Shown: in pieces, positions 11,945-25,375 of the stretch
Numbering within the stretch: the first letter of the stretch is position 1
Layout of the letters: each line of letters opens with the position of its first letter
NCBI RefSeq assembly: GCF_006345805.1
Contig: NC_042997.1
Location: forward strand, 202,864,001 to 202,928,000
Direction: 5' to 3'
Source: Octopus sinensis
Taxonomy: Eukaryota
DNA: 64,000 nucleotides
Notes under the pieces: model-generated
Told to the model about the DNA's origin: nothing
What the model saw: only the letters and a program-made list of their open reading frames with translations
Database searches by the model: none
Made by a program: the position numbers and the translations under genes

Positions 11945-12740
11945 GATGGTGGATGGTTGGCAGAATCATTAGAATGTCAAGCTAAAATGCTTTGCAGTAT
12001 TTCTTCTGGTTGTTCACATTCTAACTTAAAATTCTGCTGAGGTCAACTTTGCCTTTCATCCTTCCAGGATCATGAAAATAAAGTACCAGTCAAGTACTGG
12101 GGTTGATTTGTCTTAGTCCTCTTAAGCCTTATTTCTAATTTAGAAACAGTAGTGGATTGAATAAAATGCTTAGCAGCATTTCTTCCAACTCATACATTCT
12201 ATGATTTCAAATCCAAATGTAGTCAGCTTTACCTGTCATCCTTTCAGGATCAGTAAAGTACAGGTTTAAGTATTGAGGTCAATATAATCAATTAATCTCA
12301 CCCCTGCAAAATTGTTGGCCCTGTGCATCATCATTATTTAACATCTGTTTTCCATGCTGGCATTGGTTGGACAGTTTGACTGAGGACTGGCAAGTTAGAA
12401 GACTGCACCAAGCTCTGCTGTCTGCTTTGTCATGGTTTCTGCAGCTGGATGTCTTTCTTAATGCCACCCACTATACAGTGTACTGGGTACTTTGTGTGTG
12501 GCATCAGAAGCATTGGGGTCACCAAGTAACTTCCAGGAAAAATTCCTCAACTGGGGATAGTTTATTGAGGGACAGGAAAAGGTATCTTGCATTATGTTCT
12601 GAGTTTGAATGCTATTGTAGTTGACTTTGCTTTTCATCCTTTCGAGATTGATAAAATAAGTACTAGTTGAGTACTGGGGTCAATGTAATTGACTTATCCC
12701 CTCCCCATAACTTGCTGGCTTTGTACTAAAATTTGAAATC
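11945..12740 (+). mobile_element. Cluster of three family C SINE copies with an interposed RTE tail (12325-12600)
   Basis: Motif gtcaactttgcctttcatccttc...ataaaataagtac...gtactggggt recurs at ~12040, ~12230 and ~12625; catcat/ccatgctggcattggttggac tail lies between them. Confidence 0.7.
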
Positions 12741-13809
12741 ATTATTATTATTATTATTATTGAGTGAGAGAGCAATGCATACCATCAAAGTGACATTGGG
12801 GTACAAATATAAAAAGCTCGATTGATGCATGTGATGTAATAATTTCTCATGCCTATTTCATCACCAATCAGTCTGTATCAGATTTTCATTATGAGGTTAA
12901 CAAAAAACTAAGGAACGTAGGTTTTTCATTATAGTCATCATCTGTTTTTACAAAGCTTAAGTAGATATGCCTCATCATGTTTTATTTTCTATGTTTTAAT
13001 AAGTTGTTCAAAGGTTCTAAACCATCATTCTCTAGGGTCTAACATTCACTAGGGTTCAACATTCCAACATCTAGTATCAATCCTTCTTTAATCAGTGTCT
13101 GCCAGAATTATTAACAAGTTGGACAAAATACTTAGTGGCATTCCACCAGTTGGACACTGGGTTGATGTAATCAACTTACCCACTCTCTCAAAATTACTGG
13201 CCTTGTGCCAAAATTTGAAATTATTATTGTTATTGTGTGCCTTCCAACCCATACCTGCATGAAAAATGGACATTAAAGGATGATGATGATGTGAAAGCAG
13301 CACACACCATCACAGTGAAGCTGGGGTACAAATATACAAAGTCCAATATACTCATCATGACCACATGTCTGATAATGGTACACCAGCCATGTATTACAGC
13401 CATATGTGCATGGCATGGTGACTTCATATCAAGATAAATAGTGCATGATTTTGCAGGTGGGGCCCAGTTAGAATTTTCTTAGCTCATCCTGCTCAATAGG
13501 TCCCTGAATAAGGGTTGTTTAAGGATGATGAATGAAACACCCATGTTTCCAGGAGTGAATCATTCAAACCATCCCCAAGAATCCCTCTCAACACATGGTT
13601 ATGATACTTCTCCACTACTCCTGCTTTCAATCAAAGATGCACATACTGTCAGCCATTAAGGGACATGTTCAACTGGTGAAGGTCACGCAACTGAGAAGCA
13701 TATCTGTGGTATTGAGCAGAATATTTGCTGCATCCCGTTTTTTACTCCAAGAAGTGTTAACATGTATGTGTTTCAAGCACTTGTTAACACTTCCAATTGT
13801 AGTGTTTCT

Positions 13810-13960
13810 TCTGGCTCATTACATTCTGAGCTCAAATCTCACAGAGGACAACTTTGTCTTTCATCCTTTCAGGGTTGATAAAATAAGCACCAGTCAAGTA
13901 CTGTAATTGACTAGCTTGCTCCCCCTAAAATTGCTGGCCTTGTATCAGAATTAGAAAAGA
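13810..13960 (+). mobile_element. Family C SINE fragment
   Basis: ctttgtctttcatcctttcagggttgataaaataagcaccagtcaagtact core; other copies at ~13088-13215(-), ~21065-21175(-), ~30130-30290 and ~41215-41410. Confidence 0.7.
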
Positions 13961-14109
13961 TTATTATTGTTGTGTTATTATTATTAAGGTTCCTTTACAC
14001 ACAGAATATAGCACTATGTTATACTAACATACATCAGCTAATGTTATTGATGCTCATTTTCAAAAAAATTTTTATTATACATTTAACATTTAAACAATCA
14101 TACTTATGC

Positions 14110-14400
14110 CTTTTCTCTGCAGCCATTGCAAATTCTCTGCATTTCGCACACATTATTATGCAGCTTCACTTTTCTAATAGATGCATCATACAATCTTCCT
14201 TTTATATGGTGGAGGAAATCCTTCTCTACCAACAGAGATATCTTGAAGTTCTGTCACTTTCTTATCTTAGATAGCAATTTCACTACCATTATCTTAAACA
14301 TAGTCATGCAGCAAAAACTATCAGTTGGCATATTTCTGTGTGAACAAGGGATCTTTTCATGGTCTCTCAATTTAATCTATTGTCTACAATCTGCAATATG
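14110..14400 (-). mobile_element. Decayed RTE fragment (post-RT region)
   Basis: Minus strand KGRLYDASIRK resembles the GRLYDACVR motif of the better preserved copy at ~15600. Confidence 0.5.
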
Positions 14401-14757
14401 AAGTAAATAATGCTATTGTTGTGTTCAGTGTACAACAAAAAGTATACAGTATTTTTCTGCTAAAAATATGTTGTATAGCTGTGCTTGTTTGGCAGTTAGG
14501 TTAGTTGATATCAAATAGATGGAGAACACGGTACTCTCATTTTTATAAACTTATATTTTTAGACTTATGTTATAGTCACATTATTTCAGCCATTCTACCC
14601 TCCAGTCTTCTTCAGGTGCTTGTTGTATTTGGTAATGTTTTCAGCATTTGGAACTGAGTCCTTTATTAAATCCACAGAGCAGATTGTTCATATAAGCTCA
14701 ATCTTTGGATCATTGAAGCTAGATATATTCTGGTTGAAATGCAATAAATTAGCAACA

Positions 14758-16190
14758 TCACATCATCATCATCATCGTTTAGCATCTGCTTTCCATGCTG
14801 GCATGGGTTGGATGGTTTGATTGAGGATTGGCAAGCCAGGAGGCTGCACCAGGCTCCAATCTGATTTGCCAATGTTTCTATAACTGGATGCTCTTCCTAA
14901 CACCGGCCACTCTAAGAGTGTAATGGGTGCTTTTTACCTGCCACTGGCATGGGGGCCAGTCAGGTGGCACTAGCATCAACTATGCTCAAATGGAGCTTTT
15001 AACGTACCACCAGCATGGGAGCCAGTCAGACGGCACTGGTATCAACCATGCTCGAATGGTGCTTTTTGCATGCTACCGGCATGGGTGCCAGTCAGGCAGC
15101 ACTGGCATCAGCTACAATTATGATTTCTCTTGACTCAATAGGTCTTCTCAAGCACCACATATTGCCTGACAATTGAAGGGTATTTTTAAACGGGCCAGTT
15201 ATGCAGCACTGGCATCAGCCACAGCTATGATCTCATTTGGCTTACCGGGTCTTAAGCATAGTGTATCTCCAAAGGTCTCTGTTGCTTGCCATTGTCTCTG
15301 TGGGACCCAGCATTCAAAGGTTGTGCTTCACCACCTCATCCCATGTCTTCCTGGGACTACCTCTTCCACAGGTTCCCTCCACTGTTAGAGTGTGACACTT
15401 CTTCACACAGCTGTCCTCATTCATACGCAACACATAACCATACCAGTGCAGTTGTCTCTCTTGCACATCACATCTGATGCTTCTTATGTCCAACTTTTCT
15501 CTCAAGGTGCTTACATTCAGTCGTATATGTACACTGAACATACTAGTTTCATTTCTTTCAAGCCTACGCATGTCCTCAGCAGTCACAGCCTATGTTTCAC
15601 TGCCATATAGCATGGCTGTTCAGACACAGGCATCATACAGTCTACCTTTCACTCTGAGTGAGAGGCCCTTTGTTACCAGCAGAGGTAAGAACTCCCTGAA
15701 CTTTGCCCAGGCTATTCTTATTCTAGCAGCTATGTTCTTAAAGCATCCACCCCTGCTACTGACTTGGTCACCTAGGTAATGGAAGCTAACAACTACTTCT
15801 AGTTTTTCCCCATGGCATGTGATGGAATGTGTTTTCTATGCATCTTTGGTGTTTATTGCCCCGTGCATCTTCCACACACAAAAACTATCTTCCCGGTTAA
15901 CCTTCCTTTGATATTGCTGCACCTCTTATGTGTCCATAGCTTACAATAGTTACATCTTATGGAGTTTCTACTACGCCTTTACTACAGATTGAGCAGGGTC
16001 ATCTACTTGAAGGGATTTGTGATTTGTCTGCCTTCCTACTTACTAAGACTTTGGCTTTTGCTAGATTGACTCTAAGGCCCTTTGATTCTAGACCTTGCTT
16101 CCACACCTGAAACTTCTCTAGTTTTTGTAGTGACTCAACTATTAGAGCAGGAGTAGAATAAGTGTTATCTGTGGTAGAGTGAGAATAATC
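14758..16190 (-). mobile_element. 5'-truncated RTE LINE (ORF C-terminus plus 3'UTR)
   Basis: GRLYDACV*TAMLYGSET*AVTAEDMRRLERNE...LHWYGYVLRM...GRGSPRKTWDEVV; 3'UTR with three 66-bp units at 14927-15120; (CAT)n tail. Confidence 0.9.
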
Positions 16191-18930
16191 TGCTCAGTGG
16201 ATTTACTAAAGGGCTTGGTTTCAAATTTCAAGAATATTACTGAATGTGGCAGTACTAGAAGACTGTAATAGGAATACAATGGCCGAAACTTTGTGGCTGC
16301 AACCATAAAAATGAGAATAGTAGTCTAAATATATCAGTTGATATATATATATATATCAAGTATGTAGTTGTAATAATTTTCTCATTCCAACAAAATCAAC
16401 ATTGATTTGTTGGATAAGTAATATGAACTTGAAAAATGAGTTGAGAAAGCACCCTAATATCAAAAGCTGACATATTCAGGAGAAATATTTGTTTCTTGTG
16501 GATGTAAAATGTAAAGAAATGTCTAAAAAAAAAAGTGGTGAAGGAATATGTGGTAAAAGAAACCAGATATTGATTTGAGTCTATATAGTTAGAAGATAAG
16601 GTTTTTCAGAGGATATACCAAATCTAGATGAATGGAAAGCTGTAATATAGATCCTTCTAAATCCTACTTACATGAAAAAAAATCAATATTAAATTGACGG
16701 TGCTGCAACTTACACATATTTGTGTAATATGGTGGCAATTTGATGTGCATTCAAAGATTAAATGAATTGCTAAGATCTGCTGGATTGAATTGTTCATATT
16801 GAGGATTGAGAATTACATGAACTGTTCTTTGTTAAAACAGTTAACATGATTAATGTGTATGTGGTGGGGTGGGGTGGGGTGAGGGGTTAAATGTGAGCTA
16901 GGTAAGTGGGTTAATGGTATGTGTCAACTAAAATAGTAAAGGGGTGAAAATTGACCTAAAATGATACAGATATTGAGTAATAATGTTGTAATTTGAAAAA
17001 GTAATAATACTAACGTCTTTTCATCAAACTAGCTTGGAAAATTGAAAATAAATACACCCAAGCTTTGATAGACCTATTCATAAATCTCTGTAATATATTT
17101 TAAATCTTTAAATATCTATGGAATATATTGTAGCATTTAGGTGCAAGCATGGCTGTGTGGTTCAAAACTTTGCTTTGCAACCATTTGGTTTTATGTTCAG
17201 TCCAACTGCCTGGTACCTTGGGTAAGTGTCTTCTATTATATTCCCAAGCTGATCAAAGCCTTGTTAGTGGATTTGGCAGATGGGAACTTTACAGAGTATG
17301 CTGGATGGATTTATTGTAGCACCAACACTAATGGGGCTGCTATGTATCCTGTAAAGTTAGTCCTATTCCTTCTATAATGCTCGGTGAAGTTATGTGACTG
17401 TGGAGGTGAATAAAAGAGAGAATATGAGAAAGGATGGGCAGGAGAGGGAACAAGAGTGTGATGATAGAAACAGTGATTTGGATGAGGATGTGATATAAGG
17501 AGTGAGAGTGTGATAGACAAGGTACTTGTCAACCTGATGCTTTACAAGAAATCACTTGCTGTAGGTGCTGCAATGAGGAATTGAACCTGAAACCAATTGG
17601 ATGCATAATGAACTTCTTGACCACATACCCATTTTTATATTCAATTTTCTATTATTAGAAAATACGAAACTTCAATTATTATTCAATAATTTTTAATTTT
17701 GGGTCTTTATTTTGTGATTTTGAAGCTGAAAACAAAAATCAGGAATTTGTATATATATTTTTGTTAAATTGAAAATACTCATGTAACATTGAAAAATAAA
17801 ATAGTTTTTTTTTTATCAAATTTAAACTCTTTTGTTGAGAAGGGTAAACATAATAAAGTTTCCAGAAAGCCAGGCATATCTTGTGGATTCTCTTTTCTCA
17901 TATCTTACCTTTACTATCTTATTTCTACATGTGACTATTCTACTTCACCTTTTTTGTTAATGTTCTTTTTACATATGCATAAGCATCGCAACCCATGATT
18001 CTCTTTCCTTTAAATTCATCATAGCTAATCATCTGTTAATAACAAGTTTGGCTTCTCAAATGGTGACCAATAGAGTCTATTTAATACATGTGCATGAGCT
18101 AAATAATATATTGATTGATATTAAGAACTAATTTATCTTAATATTAGTGTACTTGAAGTCGTAATTTTTCTTTCTGTACTATCAAATTTGGAAGAGTGGT
18201 ATTAAATTAAGAGGATGTGTTAAATCAAAATGTCTGAAAACAAATATATAGCAGAGATGAAAATATTCAGTCTATGGCAAAGATTCACACATTTCACTTA
18301 CAACACAGTAGACATTCTTGTTATGTAGAAAGGGAGTAACTTGGAATTCAGCACTGTTGTATGCAATGCAACTTAAGGGGCATAACAGAGATGTAATGAG
18401 ATATTTAAATGACTGAGAGAAAGAATCAGTATTTTTTCAGTGCACCAAATAAATGAATGCAGCTGTCAGAATGTGTAGTATGTCTTTAATGGTTATAGAT
18501 TGTTGTTCACTTGAATCATAAAACCAGGCAATGTAATCAGTGTAGGGTGTAGATTCGGTTGTGGTGTGAGATAGTAATCTTAAATATTCATCTTGGCTGG
18601 AATATGTTTTGGGATAATAAAATATTTTTGTACACTTGTTTTGACCTAGAAAGAAATGAATAAAAATTTCTAAATGGGTAATGAGAATTTGATGAATAAA
18701 CTGAAAATGTACGAGCTGAGAAAATATAGACGGGAAATAATAATAGGTTGCTCAGTTATATTGTTAAAATGGAGAGAAAATTTGGTGTGTGTGTATGTAT
18801 ATATATATTGCCACTTTATTTTACTGAACCCTCATTTGTTGTTCATGTTGAGAGAATCCATCATATATATATTGTGAGTAAATCATAAATCTGAAAGAGA
18901 AGCACACTCTAGGTTATAGAACAGTAGAGC

Positions 18931-19096
18931 ATTTAGAGAAAGATAGTTAAGACTGGTTCATAGGGTTATGCCGAGTTTCACATCCATAAAGCCACTGGCC
19001 ATTAGGGTCTGACAAGATGTATGTAAAGCTAAGCACTTTACGGACACAAAACTTTGAGTAACCCTATGAACTGGCCATAACTATCTTTCTCTAAAT
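18931..19096. mobile_element. MITE (166 bp) with 38-bp imperfect TIRs
   Basis: atttagagaaagatagtta (18931-18949) is the perfect reverse complement of 19078-19096; inner gttcatagggtta also pairs with 19059-19071; abuts (TA)n. Confidence 0.82.
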
Positions 19097-19119
19097 ATAT
19101 ATATATATATATATTATTC

Positions 19120-19453
19120 ATTTATTTGTTTCAGTCATTTGACTGTGGCCATGCTGGAGCACCACCTTCAGTTGAACAAATGGAGCACAGGACTTATTTT
19201 TTGTAAGCCTAGTACTTATTCTATCGGTCTCTTTTGCTGAACATACACACACCAGTACTAGTTGTCAAGTGATGGTGGAGGGACAAACACAGGCACACAC
19301 ATACACAAATATATATATACGATGGGCTTTTTTTAGTTTCCGTCTACCAAATCCACTCACAAGGCTTTGGTTGGCCCAAGGCCACAGAATACACTTGCCC
19401 TAGGTGCCACGCAGTGGTTAGTAAGCAAGCTACTTATCACACATCCATTCCTG
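19120..19453 (-). mobile_element. Family A SINE
   Basis: Reverse complement of the 2009-2395 and 29492-29950 elements. Confidence 0.85.
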
Positions 19454-19469
19454 CACCTATATATATATT

Positions 19470-20450
19470 TTGGGTCATCCCATAAATAATGCAGTTTTTT
19501 AATACTTCTTTTATTTTTCAAAATTAAGATAAACAAAGTTCTTTTTTTTTTATCTAAAACTGCTCCAGCCTTTGGAATGTCATCCTCACTGTATATGGCC
19601 GGGCATTATCCTGATGGTAGATCACCTTTTGTCTTGAAACCAAAGATGGTCGTTTTTCTTCTAGTGCTGACTTAAGCTGCTTGCAGTAGATCTCCATTGT
19701 TATCATTTGGTTTGGGTTTGAAAGTTTAAAGTGGACTAAACCTTTCATATCCCACCAAATAGATAACAACACTTTACATGGGTGAAAACCTTTAGCCTGG
19801 GGTGCTGGTGTTTCTCCTTTCCCTGCCCACCGAATTCAGCATTTGACATTTTTATAGAGAACCCATTTCTTGTCACCAGTCACTATTTGGTCCAAAAACG
19901 GTTCATTCTGACTAGATTTGGAAAGTTTCTAAGGAACCCATTGACCCAATTTGCTGACTTTTCCAATGGCACACAGGTGTCGATGAATGGTTGAATGACC
20001 AAATCCAAGCTTCTCTGCTACTTCTTCAACAGTTACAATAGGATTTTGTTCCACCAGGCTTTGCAGGACATCCTTGTTGAGCTCTGCAGATCTTCCAGGA
20101 CAAGGCTCATGTAGCTGTAGCTTCTGGAACCTTCGTTGACACTGGCTTACACTTATTGTCTGATCTCCAGATACTGCATTAATGTTCCTCACACTTTCTG
20201 TTGCATTGTTGCCTTCATTGAGCTCATAAAGCAAAATTTGCCAAATATGCTCCTTTGTTGCTTCCATTATAGCTTTGAAAAAATAACTGTTAAAATCAAA
20301 CTGCACTCTTCAAAACTTGCACTAAGAATAAGGATAAGGTATAATTACTACCTGCTTTTATAGCAAGTTGATGCAGGTAGTTTATCCCGTTCCCTTCCTA
20401 CTTTTAGTTCATGCAATTGAAAAATCCACATTATTTATGGGATGACCCAA
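19470..20450 (-). mobile_element. Internally deleted mariner transposon (981 bp)
   Basis: TIRs ttgggtcatcccataaataatg at both ends in TA context; HTH MEATKEHIWQILLYELNEG..., WVP*KL, TGDKKW, SIWWD, HQDNAR; the YSPDL region is missing. Confidence 0.95.
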
Positions 20451-20732
20451 TATATATATATTCAATATCCTCTGAGAGTTTTGAAAAATATTACTATCTG
20501 TTAATATAAAACATGTTTCTCCTTTAATGTGTGCAACATACTTAATCAGTATATGGGAGATGATTCATCAAATTTTAAAAGAACTTACACTAAAGATGAT
20601 TATGTAAAAAGACAGAAAATATTGCATACAATCTTTACAACATTGGGTTTTATCATAAGAATAGAAAGAAATTGCTCTGATTAAACAGTTGAAACCTAAG
20701 AATAAAATAATTTATCTAAATATTACTGTCAG

Positions 20733-20746
20733 TTTTGATGACCCAG
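20733..20746 (+). CDS. Candidate 14-nt microexon
   Basis: Acceptor tctaaatattactgtcag, donor CAG|gtatgt; reads FDDP in the chained frame. Confidence 0.3.
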
Positions 20747-21474
20747 GTATGTATGCTAGATATTAATTAATTTATTAAAGCAAAACAAAAGCTGGTAATA
20801 AAGCAGCAGTATTTTTCTTCTCACAATGGAAAATCTGTTTTAATTGATTTCTGTTAATGGATATGACATTCTGCAATTTGGAAATTATAAAAAATGTGAT
20901 GCTTATGTGTCTGTTAAAAAACTTGTAACATATAAGCTAGTTTCAGAACTAGCAATGAGTACATTTGCATGCTCCTTGTTGGGCAAGATAGTGCTTGACT
21001 GTAAAATTGAGGAGTATCTTTATTTTTCTTGAAAGAACATGAACTTACTCAGTTTCAAAGCATCAGACAAAAATCTTTCCAGCATTTCTTCCAGCTCTTT
21101 ACATTCTGAGTTCAAATCCTGCATAGGTTAATTTTTCCTTTCTTCCATTCATGGTCGATAAAATAAAGTCAAGTGTCCAACCCGTGCTAGCGCGGAAAAC
21201 GGACGTTAAACGATGATGATGATGGTGTTGGGAACTCAAGATTGCTGACTTTGTATCTAAATTAGAAACCTTATCAGCAATGTTATTACTGAAGACAGTC
21301 TTTGTGCAGAAATAAGATGTCAATTTTTTTTTTTTTCAGTTTCTTTTTTAACTATTGGTAGGCTTTGTAAATAGGTGTTTTTCTTTGCCAGATTATATAA
21401 TGAATATTGTTAAATAATACTACTTCAACTGGCTATATTTAGTTGTTATATTTTACTTGGTTTTGTAATAACAG

Positions 21475-21518
21475 TTAATGTAGAAACTGAATCAGAAGTG
21501 TGCAATGTAGATAGCATG
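21475..21518 (+). CDS. Candidate 44-nt exon
   Basis: Acceptor ttttacttggttttgtaataacag, donor ATG|gtaata; phase 1 to 0, VNVETESEVCNVDSM. Confidence 0.3.
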
Positions 21519-22189
21519 GTAATAATTTACACTTTTCCTTATCCCCCCCAAAAAAAGAAAAAAAGAAAAAGGAACTAATAAAAGGATTTTTGTGTATGGG
21601 GTGGAGATAAAGTGGAAATTGAATCCACATTTCTTGATAAGTGCCTGTAAATGAAAGGATTGATTCTTGTATTCTAAATTTGGCAGCAGAAGTTTGAATA
21701 GAAAATTTTTTGTTGGACAGGACAAAAGAAGCTAGTCAGTTAATTTGAATACTCCCCCCTCCCCACAGTATTCTGGTAGATTGCCAAGAAAGATAATCAC
21801 TTAGCATGAAAAAAAGAACAAAACAAATAAACCTAGATTAGCTTCTTATCTCGCATTTTACTAAATCTGATTTTATAAAATTATTATTAAAATCATTAAT
21901 TTTATGTGCCATAATCAGGTAGGCACAGTAAAAAACTTTTTAAGTGTCATTCTCGTGGGAAGAGAGGTTGGAGGCCATTAAATTTAAGAAGGTTGGGCTT
22001 CACTAACAAGATGGACTTTAAAATCTTTTGACTGACCAATACAATTTCTTGACTGTTAATATCTGTCTGTAGCACAAGCCACAACCCTTCCCCTCATTTT
22101 ACTATATTTTGTATAACTACTCCTACTTTATTCTATTTTCCAAATCTTCTTTTGTATATCAACTTGGAAAATCTTTTGTATAAAAAGTA

Positions 22190-22440
22190 CATGGTGGTGG
22201 TGGTGGTGGTGGTAGTAGTAATGAAAGGACAGTAGTTCAGGTAAGATGGAAGTGGTTCAGGGAGTTATACCTCTGTTAGAAACAAAGGGTTTTTCTCTGC
22301 TTGCAAATAACAAGTCAGTCACATGACAGTAGATTATTAAAAGATGGAAGAATTGTGTAAACTGGAAGGAACAATTCATTGTATGTACTACTTCAGTTTC
22401 CATGGAAAGCAGAGTAAAAGGGAATGCCACCTGCTGGGTT
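22190..22440 (+). mobile_element. Decayed RTE fragment
   Basis: VVQVRWKWFRELYLC resembles the RTE RVRxGWxKFRELLPLL motif. Confidence 0.55.
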
Positions 22441-24049
22441 GTCATTGTTGTTTAGCTCCAGGTTAATAACTCTGGAGACTATAATCAAAGACATTCTAGC
22501 CATAACTAACTTGTCTTTTTAGGAGTATGTCTATGGCTACATGAGCTTGTATATCCTGATAGCCAATATATTCTTAGAGAGAGAAAGAGAGGAGAGCATG
22601 TGTGAGCAAGAAAGGGAAAGTGTATAAGAACATGATGTTATAATATTTTAAGGATTTGAGGAGGATTTGGTTGCTATTTCTAATAGATCAAGTGACTGTG
22701 TAAATGCTCCCTTGTTGCTTTGTCACTGGATAACAGTGGAAAGCCCACTGGAGTGGAACACATCAAATTAAAAAAATAGATAAAAAGATAATGTTGAAGT
22801 TAGATCTGTGGATGCTGGGCATCACTAATCAGATGATGTAGGATCAGTGAATATACTTGAGGCACAGCTGATCTACACCAGCAGGGTTTGGATGAGGAAC
22901 TATGAAAATGATTTTCCATGTCATCAGTTTTATAAAATTTGCTGCTTTGCCTCTTCCATGACAAGCACTTTGTGATGGTATATAACCTGAAAGCTAACTA
23001 TCCATAGTGTTGGTCGTTAAGAAACATTTTAGGCTGTGTAGCAGATCTACACAAGAGTACAGTAATATAGGTCAGTAATATTTACATACCACCTTTCACT
23101 TGTTAAATGTTATCTTAATCAGTTTTCAATATGTTAGGATTTCTACTCTGGCTAAACTAAACTAAGCTACACACATAGGCTTCGTATGTTGTATTTGTTT
23201 TGTTTTTCTTATAATCATTACATAATCTTATTTGACTATCAATTACAGTATAGGATCGAGCTCTATTTTTCTAGTATGCTAATTTATCAAGTTTGCTTTA
23301 TGAGTTTTCCTTTGGAGAGGATGTGTTTTATTATATATTAATTTAATTAATTGTTGTAAAATATTTGGAGACAAATTTGATAAATGTAAATAATAATCTG
23401 AGGCCAGAATGTCATGTTCATACTGATTTTGCAATTTGATTTTTTTTTTAATTACTGAATAATGCTAGTTCAACAGAAAACTGGAGTTTAACATTCATTT
23501 ATATATTGTCTTGAATACATTATTTTAGACTGTTAATAGTTTTATTTTTAAAACAGTATTAAACTTGCTTGGAAAAGTAGTTAATCATAATTTCAACAAA
23601 ATAATCTAAAAGTGTCATCCAAAGAGTTAATAGTTGTTTAAGCATGTAAGAATGTGGTGAGTGTTCTCATGACTACACTCACACATTTGAATGAAGTAAT
23701 TAACATAAAGTTAATTAATATTGATGTTATGCACATTATTTTATAGTAATTCACACAAGTATTTCTCTTTAATTACATATAATATTGACATCTTTTTTAA
23801 AGCTAAAGGGTTTTTTTTTTTTTTTTTTGAGGATAGGAACTTCTATAGAACATTTATACTATTTTCCTATTCTTAGAAGGATGAAAATACAATTAAACAA
23901 TGACATGAACTCAAAACTGAGAAAAATGAAACTTACAGTAATGTATTTAACCCTTCCTTGCAATCACAGTACCCCTCCCACTCTACTATCATTATATTGT
24001 AATATCATACTTTTGCATGCTCTCTCTTTCTTGCTCTCACAAGCTCTCA

Positions 24050-24075
24050 TCTCTTCATTACTCCTGCATGCTCTC

Positions 24076-24107
<32 letters not shown>

Positions 24108-24300
24108 GTTCCAGTATATTCTCCTCTTGGCCTCACATACTCTTCCCTCTCCCTCGATCCCACATACACTCCTCTTGCTTTCACACATTCTGCTCTTTCT
24201 TGCATTCGCATTCCCTGCTTTCTCTTTGGCTTTTACATACTCTTCCTGCTCTCTTGGTCTCATGTGCTCTCCTCTATTCTTCTCTTGAAATGTTCCTCTC
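24050..24300 (-). mobile_element. Probable decayed RTE EN-RT linker fragment within CT-rich sequence
   Basis: EEYVKAKEKA...GIEGEGR...KRRIYW resembles the basic helical linker of RTE ORFs. Confidence 0.4.
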
Positions 24301-25164
24301 TCTCTTGCTCCTGCATGTTATCCTCTTTCCCTTGTTCTTACATATTTTATCTATCTTTTGCTCACAAATGCTATCATCTGTCTTTCACTCTTCCATTCAT
24401 GAAGACCACTTTGCAGTCATGTGGGTCTGGGTTCAATCCACTACATGACAGCTTGGGCAAAGGCCTTCTATGCCCACCAGAAGACCTCTTGTGAATAGAA
24501 TTTGTTTGGTAGAAACTGTAGAAGTATGTTATGTGTATGTATATCTTTCATTGCTGTATTTTGGCAAAGGTTAAAACACGAAAAAGGAAAAAAATCTAAA
24601 ACAACAAAAATGTGCTTTTCACATGAAGTCCTTTATGCTATAAGTTCTGCACTGTGTTACCGACACTCTCTTGTCATTCATCATCAGTAATGTGCTGAAT
24701 TAGCAAATGGTCCTTTGGGAACCTGTAACCAAATAGATTTGTTGTTCAACAATTGATATTTAAAAATAAACAAATACTTTTCTTTTGTATTATAAAAGGG
24801 AAGAAAAAACCTTTTGATTCTCTTTTTTGTTGACATTTTCCATCCATTTTTGTGGGCAGAGATAGGGGATTTAGTTTTAGAAAATTGCATTTTATTGGAG
24901 TAATTTTTTCTTTTTTAGTTAAACCTTACTATTAAATATTTAGTTGTAAATATGGAGGGGAAATAAAAGTAAGCAGAGTGATATGTAAGGTTTGTGTCTA
25001 ACTTGCAGTTAGTAGTACAGTGTTCTTGCACCCATAAAAACTCATATGTAAGGATGATTAGCATTTAAAACCGATAGGCTTTTTTTGGGAAGTATTTAGA
25101 ACTGGATTTTTTTTGTTTTTATTTTATTCAATTTAATAAAACTTTTTTATGGTGTTATAGTTCT

Positions 25165-25375
25165 TGCTGGAAGGTAGTGAGCTGGCAGAAACGTTAGCAT
25201 GCTGGGTGAAATGTTTAGCAATATTTTGTCTGAGTTCAAATTCCTTGAAGGTCGACTTTGCCTTTCATCCTTTTGGGGTCGATAAATTAAGTACCAGTTG
25301 CATACTGGGGTTGATCTAATTGACTGGCCTCCCTCCCCCAAAATTTCAGGCCTTGTGTCTAGAGTAGAAAAGATT
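25165..25375 (+). mobile_element. Family C SINE (near full length)
   Basis: tRNA-like head ggtagtgagctggcagaaacgttagc...gagttcaaattcc followed by gtcgactttgcctttcatccttttggggtcgataaattaagtaccag. Confidence 0.8.

Noticed and set aside
19929-20306. 125-aa ORF that might be labelled SETMAR
   Set aside because: It is the HTH part of a TIR-bounded mariner with no SET domain
22190-22250. Strong donor CAG|gtaaga after a poly-Gly frame
   Set aside because: Lies within an RTE fragment; the acceptor is poor
23785-24494. Overlapping 76-167 aa Leu/Ser-rich ORFs
   Set aside because: Products of CT-rich low-complexity and decayed LINE sequence
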